From contig NC_086107.1 of assembly GCF_963921235.1 (NCBI RefSeq), positions 108,068,001 through 108,132,000 on the forward strand: a stretch of DNA of 64,000 nt, in the 5' to 3' direction. Below are positions 12,185 through 23,339 of the stretch, piece after piece (within the stretch, counting starts at the first letter, position 1; the number at the start of each line of letters is the position of its first letter). The DNA comes from Mobula hypostoma (lineage: Eukaryota). The position numbers and the translations under genes are program-made. Below the pieces are notes generated by a model that saw nothing but the letters and a program-made list of their open reading frames with translations, had not been told where the DNA came from and searched no databases.

Positions 12185-12625
12185 TTAAGTTCAAAGTTCA
12201 AAGTAAATTTATTATCCGAGTCCATATATGTCACCAAATTCAATCCTGAGATTCATTTTCTTGTGGGCATACTCAATAAATCCATAATAGAATTATAACC
12301 ATAATAGAAACAATAGAAGACAAACTTGAGTGTTCAATCAGTGTGCAAAATACAACCACCTTTAAAAAAGAAAATAAATTATAATAATAAATAAATAAGC
12401 AATAAATATTGAGATCATGAGATGAAGAGTCCTTGAAAGTGACTCCACGGGTTCTGGGAACATTTCAGTGATGGGGCAAGTGAAGTTGAGTGAAGTTATC
12501 CCCTTTGGTTCAAGATCCTGATGGTTGAGGGGTAGTAAATGTTCCTGAACCTGGTGGTGTGAGCTCTAACGCTCCTGTACCTTCTTCCTGATGGTAGCAG
12601 TGAGAAGAGGGCATGGTGTGGGTGG
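12185..12625 (-). mobile_element. Rex1/Babar-type LINE 3' fragment; related fragments at about 28200-28880, 29280-29820, 32400-33320, 36985-37235, 43185-43585, 51425-51915, 62510-62890 and 63780-63995
   Basis: Shared HALFSLLPSGRRYRS motif and aataaa-(tttgaac)n or (attctg)n tails. Confidence 0.75.
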
Positions 12626-13202
12626 TGGGTGTATATTTGGGAGATCTATTAGAGTCATTTGGATTATTACAGTGTATCTGTACGACAGGGTATACTACAG
12701 CTGAAATGCATAGACGTGGAGAGAATAAATGATTAAGTTGGTATACTAGTATTTCCAGCATCTGCAGAATTCCTGTTGTTTGGTATACTAGTGAATGCTT
12801 TGTCCATATGACCATAAGACATAGGAGCAGAATTAGGCTATTTGGCCTATTGAGTCCACTGTGCTATTTCATCATGCCTGATCTCAGGTCCCACTCAACC
12901 CCATACCTGCCCTCTCATCATATCCCTTGATGCCCCTGATATCCCTTGTCCTGGAAATTGTTGAGCTTTCTGCGTGAAGAAAGGCAAAATACACCTCATG
13001 CTCCAGATTTGTGGCTTCTGAGTGGTCGAAAGGCTTTGGGTGTCAGGATACACAATTTACTAGCTCTAATCCTTACGTCTTTGGAATGATGTTGGAAACT
13101 GGAATACCTGGAGGAAACCCAGACTGTGGCAGAGTGAACAGACAAGCTCTTTACAGACAGTGGTGGGAACTGAACCCTGATTTGTGATTGCTGCCTTTGT
13201 AA

Positions 13203-14025
13203 AGTGGGCAAGGAAGTGGCAGATGGAATACAATGTCAGGAAACATATGGTCATGCACTTTGGCAGAAGAAATTAAAGCACAGACTATTTTCTAAATGGA
13301 GAGAAAATTTAAAGGGACTTGGGAGTCCTAGTGCAGGATTCCTTAGAGGTTAATTTGCAGGTTGAGTCTGTGGTGAGGAAGGCAAGTGCAATATTAGCAT
13401 CCATTTGGAAAGAACTAGAATATAAAAGCAAGGATGTAATGTTGAGGCTTTATAAGGCACTGGTGAGGCCTCACTTGGAGTATTGTGAGCAGTTTTGTGC
13501 CCCCCATCTAGGGAAGGATGTACCGTCATTGGAGAGGGTTCAAAGGAGGTTCATGAAAATGATTCCTGAATTGAAAGGCTTATCATATGAGGAGTGTATG
13601 ATGGCTCTGGCCTGTGCTCACTGGAATTCACAAGAATGATGGGGGATCTAACTGAAACCTATCAAATGTTGAAAGTCCTCAACAGAGTGGAGGTGGAGAG
13701 GATCTTTCCTATGGTCGAAGAGTCTAGGACCAGAAGACACAGCCTTAGAGTAGAAGAACTTCCATTTAGAACAGAAATGAGGAGGAATTTGATTAGATGG
13801 AGAGTAGTAAATCTGTGGAATTTGGTGGCACAGGTTGTGGAGGCCAGGTTATTGGATGTATTTAAGGCAGAGGTTGATAGATTCTTGATTGGTCAGGGCA
13901 TGAAGGGATATGAAGAGAAGGCAGGAGACTGGAACTGAGAGGGAAATGGATCAGCATGGTGAAATGGCAGAACAGACATAATGGATCAAATGGCCTGCAT
14001 CTGCTCCTGTATCTTTTGGTCTTAT
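13203..14025 (+). mobile_element. CR1-type LINE 3' fragment
   Basis: ORFs 13319..13639 and 13594..13938 (LYKALVRPHLEYCEQF). Confidence 0.9.
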
Positions 14026-15089
14026 GGAAGAAGGGATAGAGAGGTTTAGAAAAGGAATTCAAAAACTGTAGGGCTTTGGTAGCAGAGGGTTGGTAGCAGA
14101 AATTAAATCTTGTGGAGATCAAGAGATCAGAATTGGAAGAGCCTAGAGCTTTCAGAAGGTGATTGGTTCTCTGCCTTTCTGCCTTGCAATGGAAAGCAGT
14201 CACCCAGCAATCTTTTTTAGACTTTCTCAAGGACTTTAGAGTCAGAAAGTACTGCAGTCCTTTGGCCCATTTAGATAATGCTGACCTGATCTTCTGCTTA
14301 GTCCCATCAACCTGCACCTGGAACACCTATGCACCTACCCAAACTTCTCTTGAATGTTACAATTGAACTCTCATCTACCATTTCCACTGGCAGCTCGTTC
14401 CACACTTGCACCAGCCTCTGAATGAAGAAGTTTCTTTTAAGAGCTTCTTAGATAGGTACATAGAGCTTAGAAAAATAGAGGGCTTTGCGCTAGGGAAATT
14501 CTAGGTAGTTTCTAGAGTAGGTTACGTGGTTGGCACAACATTGTGGGCCGAAGGGCCTGTAATGTGCTGTAGGTTTCTATGTTCTATGTAGTATGTTTCC
14601 CCTCAGATTCCCCTTAAATATTTTACCTTTCATCCTATGGACTCTAGTTCTAATATCACCCAATTTGAGGGGGGAAAGCCTGTGTGCATTCTTTATATCT
14701 ATACCCCTGAGAGTTTTGTATTTCTCAACGTGATCTCTCCTCATTCACTTGCCCTTCCTGAAGTGTGATGATCAGAATCAGAATGGGGTGCAATATCTTT
14801 GTGCTCAGTGTAAGAAGCTGTCCTAAACCACATGCAGAATTAGCATTAAGCTAGTTCCATCACTGAGCCATACACTAGACAGGGGATCTAGATTCAGGTG
14901 AAAAAAAAATGAGCACTTGAAGACATTATAGAGAAGGAGTGGAGAGATTAGAGACCTGGTTAGTGGTGGACACAGTTGCTGATGAGCCAAGAACAGATAA
15001 TAGCCCTCGTCAAATCAAAACAAGAGCAAGCACCGATTAGACCATCACACGGCGCAAATAAGAAGTCTCTCCATACACATTACGCTCAC

Positions 15090-15227
15090 CTTCTCCTCAT
15101 ATTCTCTGGCTGTCAGCTGAGGCCCGCTCTCGTCTGAACTCAAGTCATCAGCCAAGACGACAGAAGATGATTTGTCGGAGAGGAAGTCGGAGGTCAGCGA
15201 GAACGCTTCTGTCTCTGCGAGGAGAAC
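15090..15227 (-). CDS. CACNA1I: Cav3.3 C-tail exon (VLLAETEAFSLTSDFLSDKSSSVVLADDLSSDESGPQLTAREYEEK)
   Basis: 138 nt; acceptor ttttcttccag, donor AAG|gtgagc; matches recalled VQLAETEAFSL motif of Cav3.3. Confidence 0.93.
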
Positions 15228-16490
15228 CTGGAAGAAAACAGTCGATTCAGTGAGACCGGACGCTGGTCGTCTTTTGGAGCTGCATTCCAACCTTTGGAAA
15301 TAACTTCACCGAGGCAAAAGGAGCAGAAGAAAGATGAGATTGTTTTTTTAAAAAAGCACACACGATCTGGAACAGACTGCCTGAAATGGTGGTGGAAGCA
15401 GATCAGTGGAAACTATCTGATGACTAAATATTGATAGACGCTGTGGGGAAAATGCGGGGTGAAGAGAGATATGGGAACAACGAAAGGCTGTTTAGCCCTT
15501 TGAGTCTATCTTATGATGAATCAAATCAAGGTCTGGTCTTTGTCTTAACTCCACCTTCTAACCTTGGTTCCACTTTTCTTAAACCCACAACAATGGTGCT
15601 TTCGCTATAACTGCATCATTATGTTCTGCATTCTTGTTTCTCATGTACAACCTTGGTGTACTTATGTGATAAGTAATTGCTTTATTGTCACATGTACCAA
15701 GATACAGTGGAAAGCTTTGTGTGCCAGTCCCATGCAAACCATCACACCGAACAAATAAGAAGTCTCTCTCTGGACAGGTTAGGCTCATCTTCTCATCATG
15801 TTCTCTGGCCGGCTACCCTGGTTTCCTCCCACACGTCAAAGTGCACAGGTTAGGATTAGTAAGCTGTGGGCACGCTATGTTGGCACTGGAAGCAAGGCGA
15901 ATGTGCCCAGCACATTCCTTGCTGATCAGATTTGACACAAACGGCGCATTTCACTGTATGTTCCGATGTACATGTGACAAATAAAGCCAATCTTTATCTT
16001 TTCATCATTATCTTTATCCAGATATTTGCTTTCCCTTTTGCGCTACCTTGTCTAGAAATGGATGGCGTACAGGTTTTTCACCGTATCTTGGTACAAATGA
16101 AATAGGTAAAACAATTACCAACAGTTTGTCAATTTCAAGTTTTCTGGCTGGAATCCCCTCCCCTACCCCCTCCCCATCAACCTCAAGGAGAGAGTGTTCT
16201 AGATTTCCATCAGACGCCCATCTAATCAGAAGGTCTTCCTCTGGATGGGCAGAGGTTAACCGGGCCAGACGGCCTCTCTCTGTGGCACATCAGTGTGCAG
16301 TTTTGTGAACAGTTTAGGGAAACATGGCAGGATGCAGTACGTGAACGAGCGGGTCACGGCTCTGTAATTAACTATCATCCAGCCTCTAACCTCAATCTGC
16401 GTACAGCACATTATTTCATCGCTGGAACAGACTGAAGCCAAGTGGCGGGCTTCGACTGTGAGACTGCAGAACAAAGGACGCCATTCTTAC

Positions 16491-16616
16491 TGCCTGAGGT
16501 GACACACAGGCAGCCCGCCCATGGCGTGTGAAGTCATTTCTGAGCATCTGAACTTCTTCCAGACTGAGCAGAAGTGGCTGGAGGTCATCAATACTTAGCT
16601 CGTTACTGCTGCCTGC
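16491..16616 (-). CDS. CACNA1I: Candidate additional in-frame cassette exon (AGSSNELSIDDLQPLLLSLEEVQMLRNDFTRHGRAACVSPQA)
   Basis: 126 nt, open, phase 0 to 0; acceptor gcttctctcctctag with a ttaat branch-like motif upstream; donor GCA|gtaaga; non-repetitive sequence; no homologue recognised. Confidence 0.55.
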
Positions 16617-17267
16617 CTAGAGGAGAGAAGCACCCGATTAAAGACGGGCCCTTGCTGCTATGAAGGACGTTAAGAAACAGGAGCAGGGGAAGGCCAATCA
16701 GCCCGTCGAGCCTGCTCTACCATTCAATAACATCGCGGCTGATCTTTGATCTCAGCAGCGCTAGAATGTTTCCTTTCATTCTGCTAGCATCTAAAACTCT
16801 GTCAATCAGTGACCGTGCTTCCTCTGGGGTGGAAAATCCCAAAGGGTCATAGCCTTCGGGAGAAACAACTTCTCCCAATCTGCATCCTAAATCCTTATTT
16901 GGAGACTGTGACCACCGGGGAAACATGGACTCCACGTTATCCTCGTCCAACCCCTTTAAGAATGAAGACCCAAGAGGCTGCAGGTGCTGGAACCTGGAGC
17001 AACACACAAAGGCGGTGGAAGAACTCAGCAGGTCGGGCAGCATCTGTGGAGGGAAACGGACGGTTGAGGTTTCAGGTCGATGCCCTTCGTCTGGTCTCCT
17101 TGGTGCTGCCTGACCCGTTGAGTTCCTCTATCCCCTTTCGAGAATGTTTCAGGGTAGGTGATGAATGCACTACATTAACTACTGTTGTGGGAGGTTGGGG
17201 TGGTGGGGTGGGGGAGGAGCACCACAAAAAAACAAAGACATGAGGGTACAGAAGGCAGATTGGTCAC

Positions 17268-17414
17268 CTCTTGCTTGTCGTGCTGGCAGTTCCTGCAGGT
17301 GGGAGATGATGAGTAATGATGGAAGATGGATCCAGAGAGGCTGTCGATCATCAGGAGTTCACTCTCGCAGGTGTCCCGTATGATCAGGGAGACACTGTCC
17401 AGCCACAGATTCTC
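17268..17414 (-). CDS. CACNA1I: Cav3.3 C-tail exon (ENLWLDSVSLIIRDTCESELLMIDSLSGSIFHHYSSSPTCRNCQHDKQE)
   Basis: 147 nt, translated by hand; acceptor ttttaacaccgtag, donor GAG|gtgacc; closely matches the recalled mammalian Cav3.3 ENLWLDSVSLIIK...HDKQE exon. Confidence 0.94.
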
Positions 17415-17509
17415 CTACGGTGTTAAAAAAGACTCCGATCCATCCTTTTATCTAGAGTTTATAGTTCTGAGCACTTCTATGCATTTCAATAGCGCTTATT
17501 TCTTCCTTC

Positions 17510-18130
17510 ATAGAACATAGGACATAGTGCAGGACAGAAATTGGCCCTTTGGTCCACAATATCCGGGCCAAATGTGATGTCGATTTGAACTACGTCTGTT
17601 TTGTCTGTACATGATCCATAATCTTTCATTCTCTAAGGGAAATCCTCTTAATCACCACTATCATATCTGCTTCTACCACTACCCATGGCAGCCAGCTCCA
17701 GATGCCCACCATTTTGTGTAAACGTTCTTGCCCCGCACATTTCATTTAAACTTTCTCAGCCGAAATGTGTGTCCTTTGCTATTTGACATTTCTACCTGGG
17801 ATTCTGACTCTCTACCCTACCTAAGGCCTCTCCTGGTTTTACAAACCTCCATCAGGTCTCCCCTTGGCCTCTGTCGCTCCAGAGAAAACAACCAAAGGTT
17901 GTCAAACTTCTCCTTATAACCTATACCATCTAATACAAGCAGTGTCCGAGAATGCTCTTCTGCACCTTTTTGAAAGCCTCCACATCTTCTGCACACGATA
18001 GTCCAAGTGCAGCCTAACCAAAGTCTTATATAGCGGGACCATGACTTCCTGACTCCTATGGTCATTGCTCCGACCAATGAAGGGCAAGTATGCTGATCCC
18101 TTCTTGATCACCTTATCTCTTTGTCTTCCA
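17510..18130 (-). mobile_element. Degenerate CR1 3' fragment
   Basis: LYKTLVRLHLDYRVQ and LFSLERQRPRGDLMEV pieces. Confidence 0.8.
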
Positions 18131-19328
18131 AATGGAGAATTTTCCCCTTTCTGATTTTCCATTGATTCTCCAACCCAGGCCTCATGAAGCCCGTGGGCCA
18201 CATGCCGCCTTCATATCCAGTTACTTCCTCTTCTCCCCTCCACCCATGCTTGGAGATCTCAGAGCGGAATGACTGGAATTCATCAAAGTTGGATCTACAG
18301 GAGTAGGGGATAGTGAAGGCCTGCCAGTGTCTGAGTTTGTACTGGATCGCAGTCTGATCTATACCTTAATTCCACCTCCTCGTCTTGGGTCTATAACCCT
18401 TAATTTCCCCGCTCCACCCTCCAGCGATTCAATCTCAGCTTCATCTTTCTGACCCCAGCCATCTCAATAGCCCTCATGGGAGCGAGTTTCCAGAAATCCA
18501 CTAGGCTTCATGTGATGAATCTTTTCCTGATATCAGTTCTGAACGATTCAGTTCCCATTTTAAGATTATCTTTCCTTGTTCTGGAATCCTCCTCCTTCTG
18601 TCTTAAGCTGCTCTGTTGCTCTGTTGGTGGAATATAACCTGCTGTAGTGTAGTGTAGTGGTTAGCGCAGTGCTATCCCAGAGCCTGTTATAGATGTTCAA
18701 TTCCCACAGCTGCCCGAAGGGAGTTTGGACCTTCTCCCTGTGACTACGCGGGTTCCCTTCAGCTGCTCCATTTTAATCCCCCACCCCCACATCCCAAAGA
18801 CGTGTGGGCCAGGGTTCGAGCTAGTAAATTGTGGACATGCTTTGGTGGTGACAGAAGCATGACGACACAGCACGTCCTCTGACTGTGTTGAACGTTGACG
18901 CAAGTGATGCTTTTCACTGTATGTTTCGATGTACATGTGACAAATAAGGCTAAACTTTCTTTCTTTCTTTAACCCTATAAACTCTATTCAGCAATATACT
19001 GTATCTTTTTTGAGAGATGGAGCTCACCTTGGAATGGTATTGTTGCATGGAGCCCCTGATAAGAGCTTTCTTCGAACATAATGTAACTTCCACTCTCTTG
19101 GACTGCACTCCTAATTACAAACTTTGTTTTGTCTCTGTCCTCCCACCTCTACTCTGGCTGAGACTCTCACCTTGGGCCAACTACTCCAGTGCTGACTGGG
19201 CCACAAAGCTGCCGCTCTCCACGAGGGGCTGGCTTGTGCTTGAAGCTTTGGGGGTGAGTGAGGGAGATTGAGGATTCTGGCTTAGGGACTTTAGTGGGAG
19301 GGGAATGGAGGCAAAATTTCCAACTGTC

Positions 19329-19672
19329 CAGGATAAACGATTGTAGTGGGAGAAGGCCGGGATAAATGATTGTAGCGGGAGAACGCCGGGATAAACGATT
19401 GCAGCAGGAGAAGGCCGGGATGAACGATTGTAGCTGGTGAAGGCTGGGGGATGAACAATTGTAGCGGGAGAAGGCCGGGATAAACAATTGTAGCAGGAAA
19501 AGGCCAGGATGAATGATTGTAGCAGGAGAAGGCCGGGATAAACAATTGTAGCAGGAGAAAGCCAGGATGAACGATTGTAGCGGAAGGCCGGGATGAACGA
19601 TTGTAGCGGAAGGCCGGGATAAACGATTGTAGCGGGAGAAGGCCGGGATAAACAATTGTAGCAGGAGAAGGC
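19329..19672. repeat. Minisatellite, about 12 copies of a 29-nt unit ggccgggataaacgattgtagcgggagaa (26- and 31-nt variants)
   Basis: Visible tandem array; explains the three overlapping minus-strand ORFs. Confidence 0.95.
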
Positions 19673-19739
19673 AACCTCTGACTGGTTGAGATGGGATGAA
19701 GAGCCTGTTCTGATGAGGTAGGGACGTAAAGAGAGCTTT

Positions 19740-20350
19740 AGGAGCACTGGCCTTCATAATCAAAATACTAAGTACAGGAGTTGGGATGTTACACTGAAGT
19801 TGTATAAGATGTTGGTGAAGCCTTATTTTGAGAATGGGTACAGTTCTGGTCACTTACCTACAGGAAAGATATCAATAAAGTTGAAAGAGTGCAGAGAACT
19901 CTACAAGGATGTTGCTGGGGCTAGAGGACCTGAGCAATAGGGATGGGTTGAATAGGTTGCGACTTCATTCTCTGGAGTGCAGGAGAATGAGGGGAGGTTT
20001 GATTGAGGTACACAAAATTATGAGGGGTATGGACAGAATAAATGTAAGCAGGCTTGTTCCACTGAAGATGGGTGAGGCTAGAACTGGAAGGTTATATGTT
20101 AAGGGTGAAAGGTGAAGTATTTATGAGGAATGCGAGGGGGAGCTTCTTCAGTCTGAGAGGCAATGAGAGTGGAATAAGCTGCCAGGAGAAGTAGAGGATT
20201 TCAAAACTTAAGAGAAATTTGGATACATACACAGATGGGAGGGGTATGGAGGGCTATGATTCAAGTGTGGGGTGATGGGGTAGGCAGAGTAACAGTTCAG
20301 CATGGACTAGATGGGCAGATGGAGCTGTTTCTATGCTGTAGTGCTCTATA
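19740..20350 (+). mobile_element. Degenerate CR1 3' fragment
   Basis: LHSLECRRMRGGLIEVHKIMRGMDR. Confidence 0.8.
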
Positions 20351-20718
20351 ACTTTAATACTAGTGAACCATTCAAAACCCAAGAACACATTCAGATTGAT
20401 GGGCAGAAGCCACTTGGGACATAAAAGACAAATATTTTTACATGGTGTACGGCTCTGACTGAAACTCAGTGCCTGTGACAATCGAATATCTCTTAAGGGA
20501 ACAGAATTTAGAAGTCAACGGGAAAATGGGATTGCTCTACAGGAAGCTGACATGGACTTGGTGGGAGAAATTGCTTTTTGCTATCCTGCAGCGCCCAGAT
20601 GATTCTATGGCCGTAAAGAGAGTGAGACGTGTTATGGGTGGGAGGAGGTTGGGGGGAGGAGGTGGGTTATAAATAAGCACACCATAATTGAGGGTGGATA
20701 GGATAATGTTGGGTTTAC

Positions 20719-21048
20719 CTGTGCGGGCGAGATGTGTTTTCCTGGATCCCGCCTCTCGCCTTTCCTCTTGTGGCCGCTGTCCGGTGCGGGGACAGTCCCG
20801 GAGGCAGAAGGGCTCGCCGGCGGCCCGCACAGACCCTGGGCGAGCTCCATCTCGATCTCCGCGTCCAGCTCCGCGTCCTCCAGGGCCTCCTTGTTGCTGT
20901 CGTCCAGGTGCTTCATGAGGACCGCGACCACCACGTTGATCAGCACAAACTGGGCCGTCAGCACGAAGCTCACGAAGTAGAGCGGCGAGATGAACTGGAG
21001 GTTGCTGAGGCAGCTCCGGTCATCGCTGGAGCAGTCGCGGAGCGTATC
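20719..21048 (-). CDS. CACNA1I: Cav3.3 exon: IV S6 and proximal C-terminus ([62 protein letters not shown]...HISPAQ)
   Basis: 330 nt within ORF 20632..21120; acceptor (ttg)n-ccag, donor CAG|gtaaac; phase 0 to 0. Confidence 0.95.
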
Positions 21049-21702
21049 CTGGCAACAACAACAACAACAACCTCCATTTATATAGTGGCCCAATGCACTC
21101 CACACTCCTGCTGATAGCAAAACTCGGATTGAACGTTATGAGGGGGATTCTGGTGCGGGTGAATAAATGCTTAGTCAAAAAGCTATGTTTTACAGAGTTT
21201 AGATGGTCACAAACATCAAGATGGAATGAAATACCTTGTTCACAAGAAGCTCACAGAGAAAACAATGTAAATGAAAATAATAAGTCCACTCAGTAGCCAC
21301 TTTACTAGGTACCCCTGTACACCTGCTCATTAATGTAAATATCTAATCAGCCAATCATGTGGCAGCAACTCAATGCACGAAAGCATGCAGACATGGTCAA
21401 GAGGTTCAGTTGCTGTTCACAACAAACATCACAAAGGAGAAGGAATGTGACCTAAAGCGACGTTGACCATGGAATGATTGATTGGGGGTGATTTGAGTAT
21501 CTCCGAAACTGCTGATCTCCTGGGATTTTCATGCACAACGGTCTCTAAAGTTTGCAGAGAATGGTGCAAACCCCCCCACCAAAAAAAAATCCAGTGAGTG
21601 CCATTTCTGTGGGTGAAAATGTCTTGCTAATGAGAGAAGTCAGAGGAGAATGACTGGACTGGTTCAAGCTGACAGGAAGGCAACAGTAACCCAAATAACC
21701 AG

Positions 21703-22631
21703 AGAAGGAAGGTAAGAGAAGATGGCGGCACGACGACAGCGCGCACAGCCTCTCCAGTGATGAATATTTGTTATCTGTCAAGTAGGGGACCGTGCACGAT
21801 CCTGATTTGATGGAGACAGACGTGAGTGCATAGCGGAACATCTGGAAAACTTCTGAAATGTCTGCTTTGCTACCGCTGCTACTGTGTGGTAACCGGAATC
21901 TCTGGAGCTGAAGGCCTTGAAATCCTCGGCTTTGCGTGTTTCAGTGGCCGGGGGTAGGTCGAAGGCACTCGGCAGAGGATGGCGCTCGGGAGGCTGTATC
22001 AGAGAGGCTGCTCAGAAGCTCGGAGTTTTCGGACGGGTGGACTCAGGGTCAGCTGTGGTTGGCTGCTTCCAAGGTATCAGCAAGTTGATGGTGCCTGGAG
22101 GTTTATGGCAGGGAGTTTCTCCCTTTTGCCGCCTGCTATCGGGGACTCGGGAGTCAATCGACTCGGGGACTTTGAGACTTTTTTTTTTACTGTGCCTATG
22201 GACCGTTCTTCATCAGATTATGGTATTGCTTTGCACTGCTGTAACTATATGGCATAATTATATGGTTTTGTCAGTGTTAGCCTTTGGTCTGGCAGCATCT
22301 CTAGGAAGAGGTGCAGTCGACGTTTCAGGCCGAGACCCTTCGTCAGGACTATACTAGCTCTTCCTTCAGTTAGTCCTGACGAAGGGTCTCGGCCCGAAAC
22401 GTCGACTGTACCTCTTCCTAGAGATGCTGCCTGGCCTGCTGCGTTCACCAGCAACTTTGATGTGTGTTGCTTGAATTTCCAGCATCTGCAGAATTCCTGT
22501 TGTTTTTTTTTAGTCTTTGGTTTGTCTTGTTTTCTGTGATATCACGCCAGCGGAACATTGTATCATTTCTTAATGCATGTATGTATTTCTAAATGACAAT
22601 AAAAGAGGACTGAGTGTTCTCATAATTTAAT
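21703..22631 (+). mobile_element. CpG-rich non-autonomous retroposon (aagatggcggc head, ctaaatgacaataaaag tail); related partial copy at about 53180-53585
   Basis: Splits the Tc1 element; similar 3' sequence recurs at 53400-53585; tail resembles Rex1/Babar-type LINE ends. Confidence 0.6.
22289..22509. mobile_element. Mini fold-back PLE insertion with two inverted hammerhead motifs (22314-22351 minus, 22371-22408 plus)
   Basis: Arms about 22291-22351 and 22371-22430; TSD ttag(c/t)ctttggt at 22277-22288 and 22510-22521. Confidence 0.85.
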
Positions 22632-23301
22632 TTACTACAGTGGGGTGCGGAAGAGCATCTCTGAAAGCACAACATGTCAAACCGTGAAGTGGATGGGCTA
22701 CAGCAGCAGAAGACCACGTAATACACTCACTCGCAACTTTATTAGATCTAGGAGTTATCTAATAAAGGATAAACAGGAGGTACTTAATAAAGTGGACACT
22801 GAGCAGCATGCAAAACAGCAGGATAGTGCAAAGTTTGCAGTAGAATCTTTAGCATCCAAAAATGCATTAATTTTTATGAGCTTTTAATTAGCTATAACCA
22901 GTTATAAAATTATTACTTAGACTAATTGCAAGATTAATTTCTAAGATTATGAGAGGCATAGACAGAATACATAGCCAGCAACTTATTTTCCAAGGGTTGT
23001 AATGTCTAATGCTAGAAGCCATGCATTTAAGGTAAGAGAGGGTAAAATCAAAGGAGATGAGTGGGGTGATTTTTTTTTTCGCTGGAGAGTGGTGGGTGCT
23101 TGGAAGGCGCTGGCCAGGGAGGTGGTGGTGGTGACATATATACCCAAGACATTTATCAGGCTCTTAGACAGGCTCATGGGCATGCAGAGAATGGAGGGAT
23201 ATGGACCTGTGGGAGACAGAAGGCATCAGTTTAGTTCGGACAACACACATAAAAATTGCTAGTGAATGCAGCAGGCCAGGCCGCACCTGTAGGAAGATGG
23301 A

Positions 23302-23339
23302 CAGTCGACGTTTCGGGCCGAGACCCTTCGTCAGGACTA
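23302..23339 (-). ncRNA. Minimal type I hammerhead ribozyme motif (perfect consensus), sense to CACNA1I pre-mRNA
   Basis: Reverse complement reads tagtc CTGACGA AGGGTCTCGGCCC GAAAC GTC gactg. Confidence 0.8.

Larger units (their letters stand above)
21287..22803 (+). mobile_element. Non-autonomous Tc1/mariner element (two halves, about 21287-21702 and 22632-22803) interrupted by nested insertions
   Basis: TIR cactcagtagccactttactaggtac / gtacttaataaagtggacactgag; transposase HTH remnant (SETADLLGFSCTTVS). Confidence 0.85.

Noticed and set aside
18225..18294. Possible exon after the minus-strand acceptor cccctactcctgtag
   Set aside because: The required phase 0 frame stops at the fourth codon
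19329..19672. CRISPR-like array (also 63170-63756)
   Set aside because: Units are contiguous with no unique spacers, there are no cas genes, and the DNA is a vertebrate intron
19167..19853. Long ORFs of 228, 188 and 127 aa
   Set aside because: Artefact of the stop-free minisatellite plus CR1 antisense sequence
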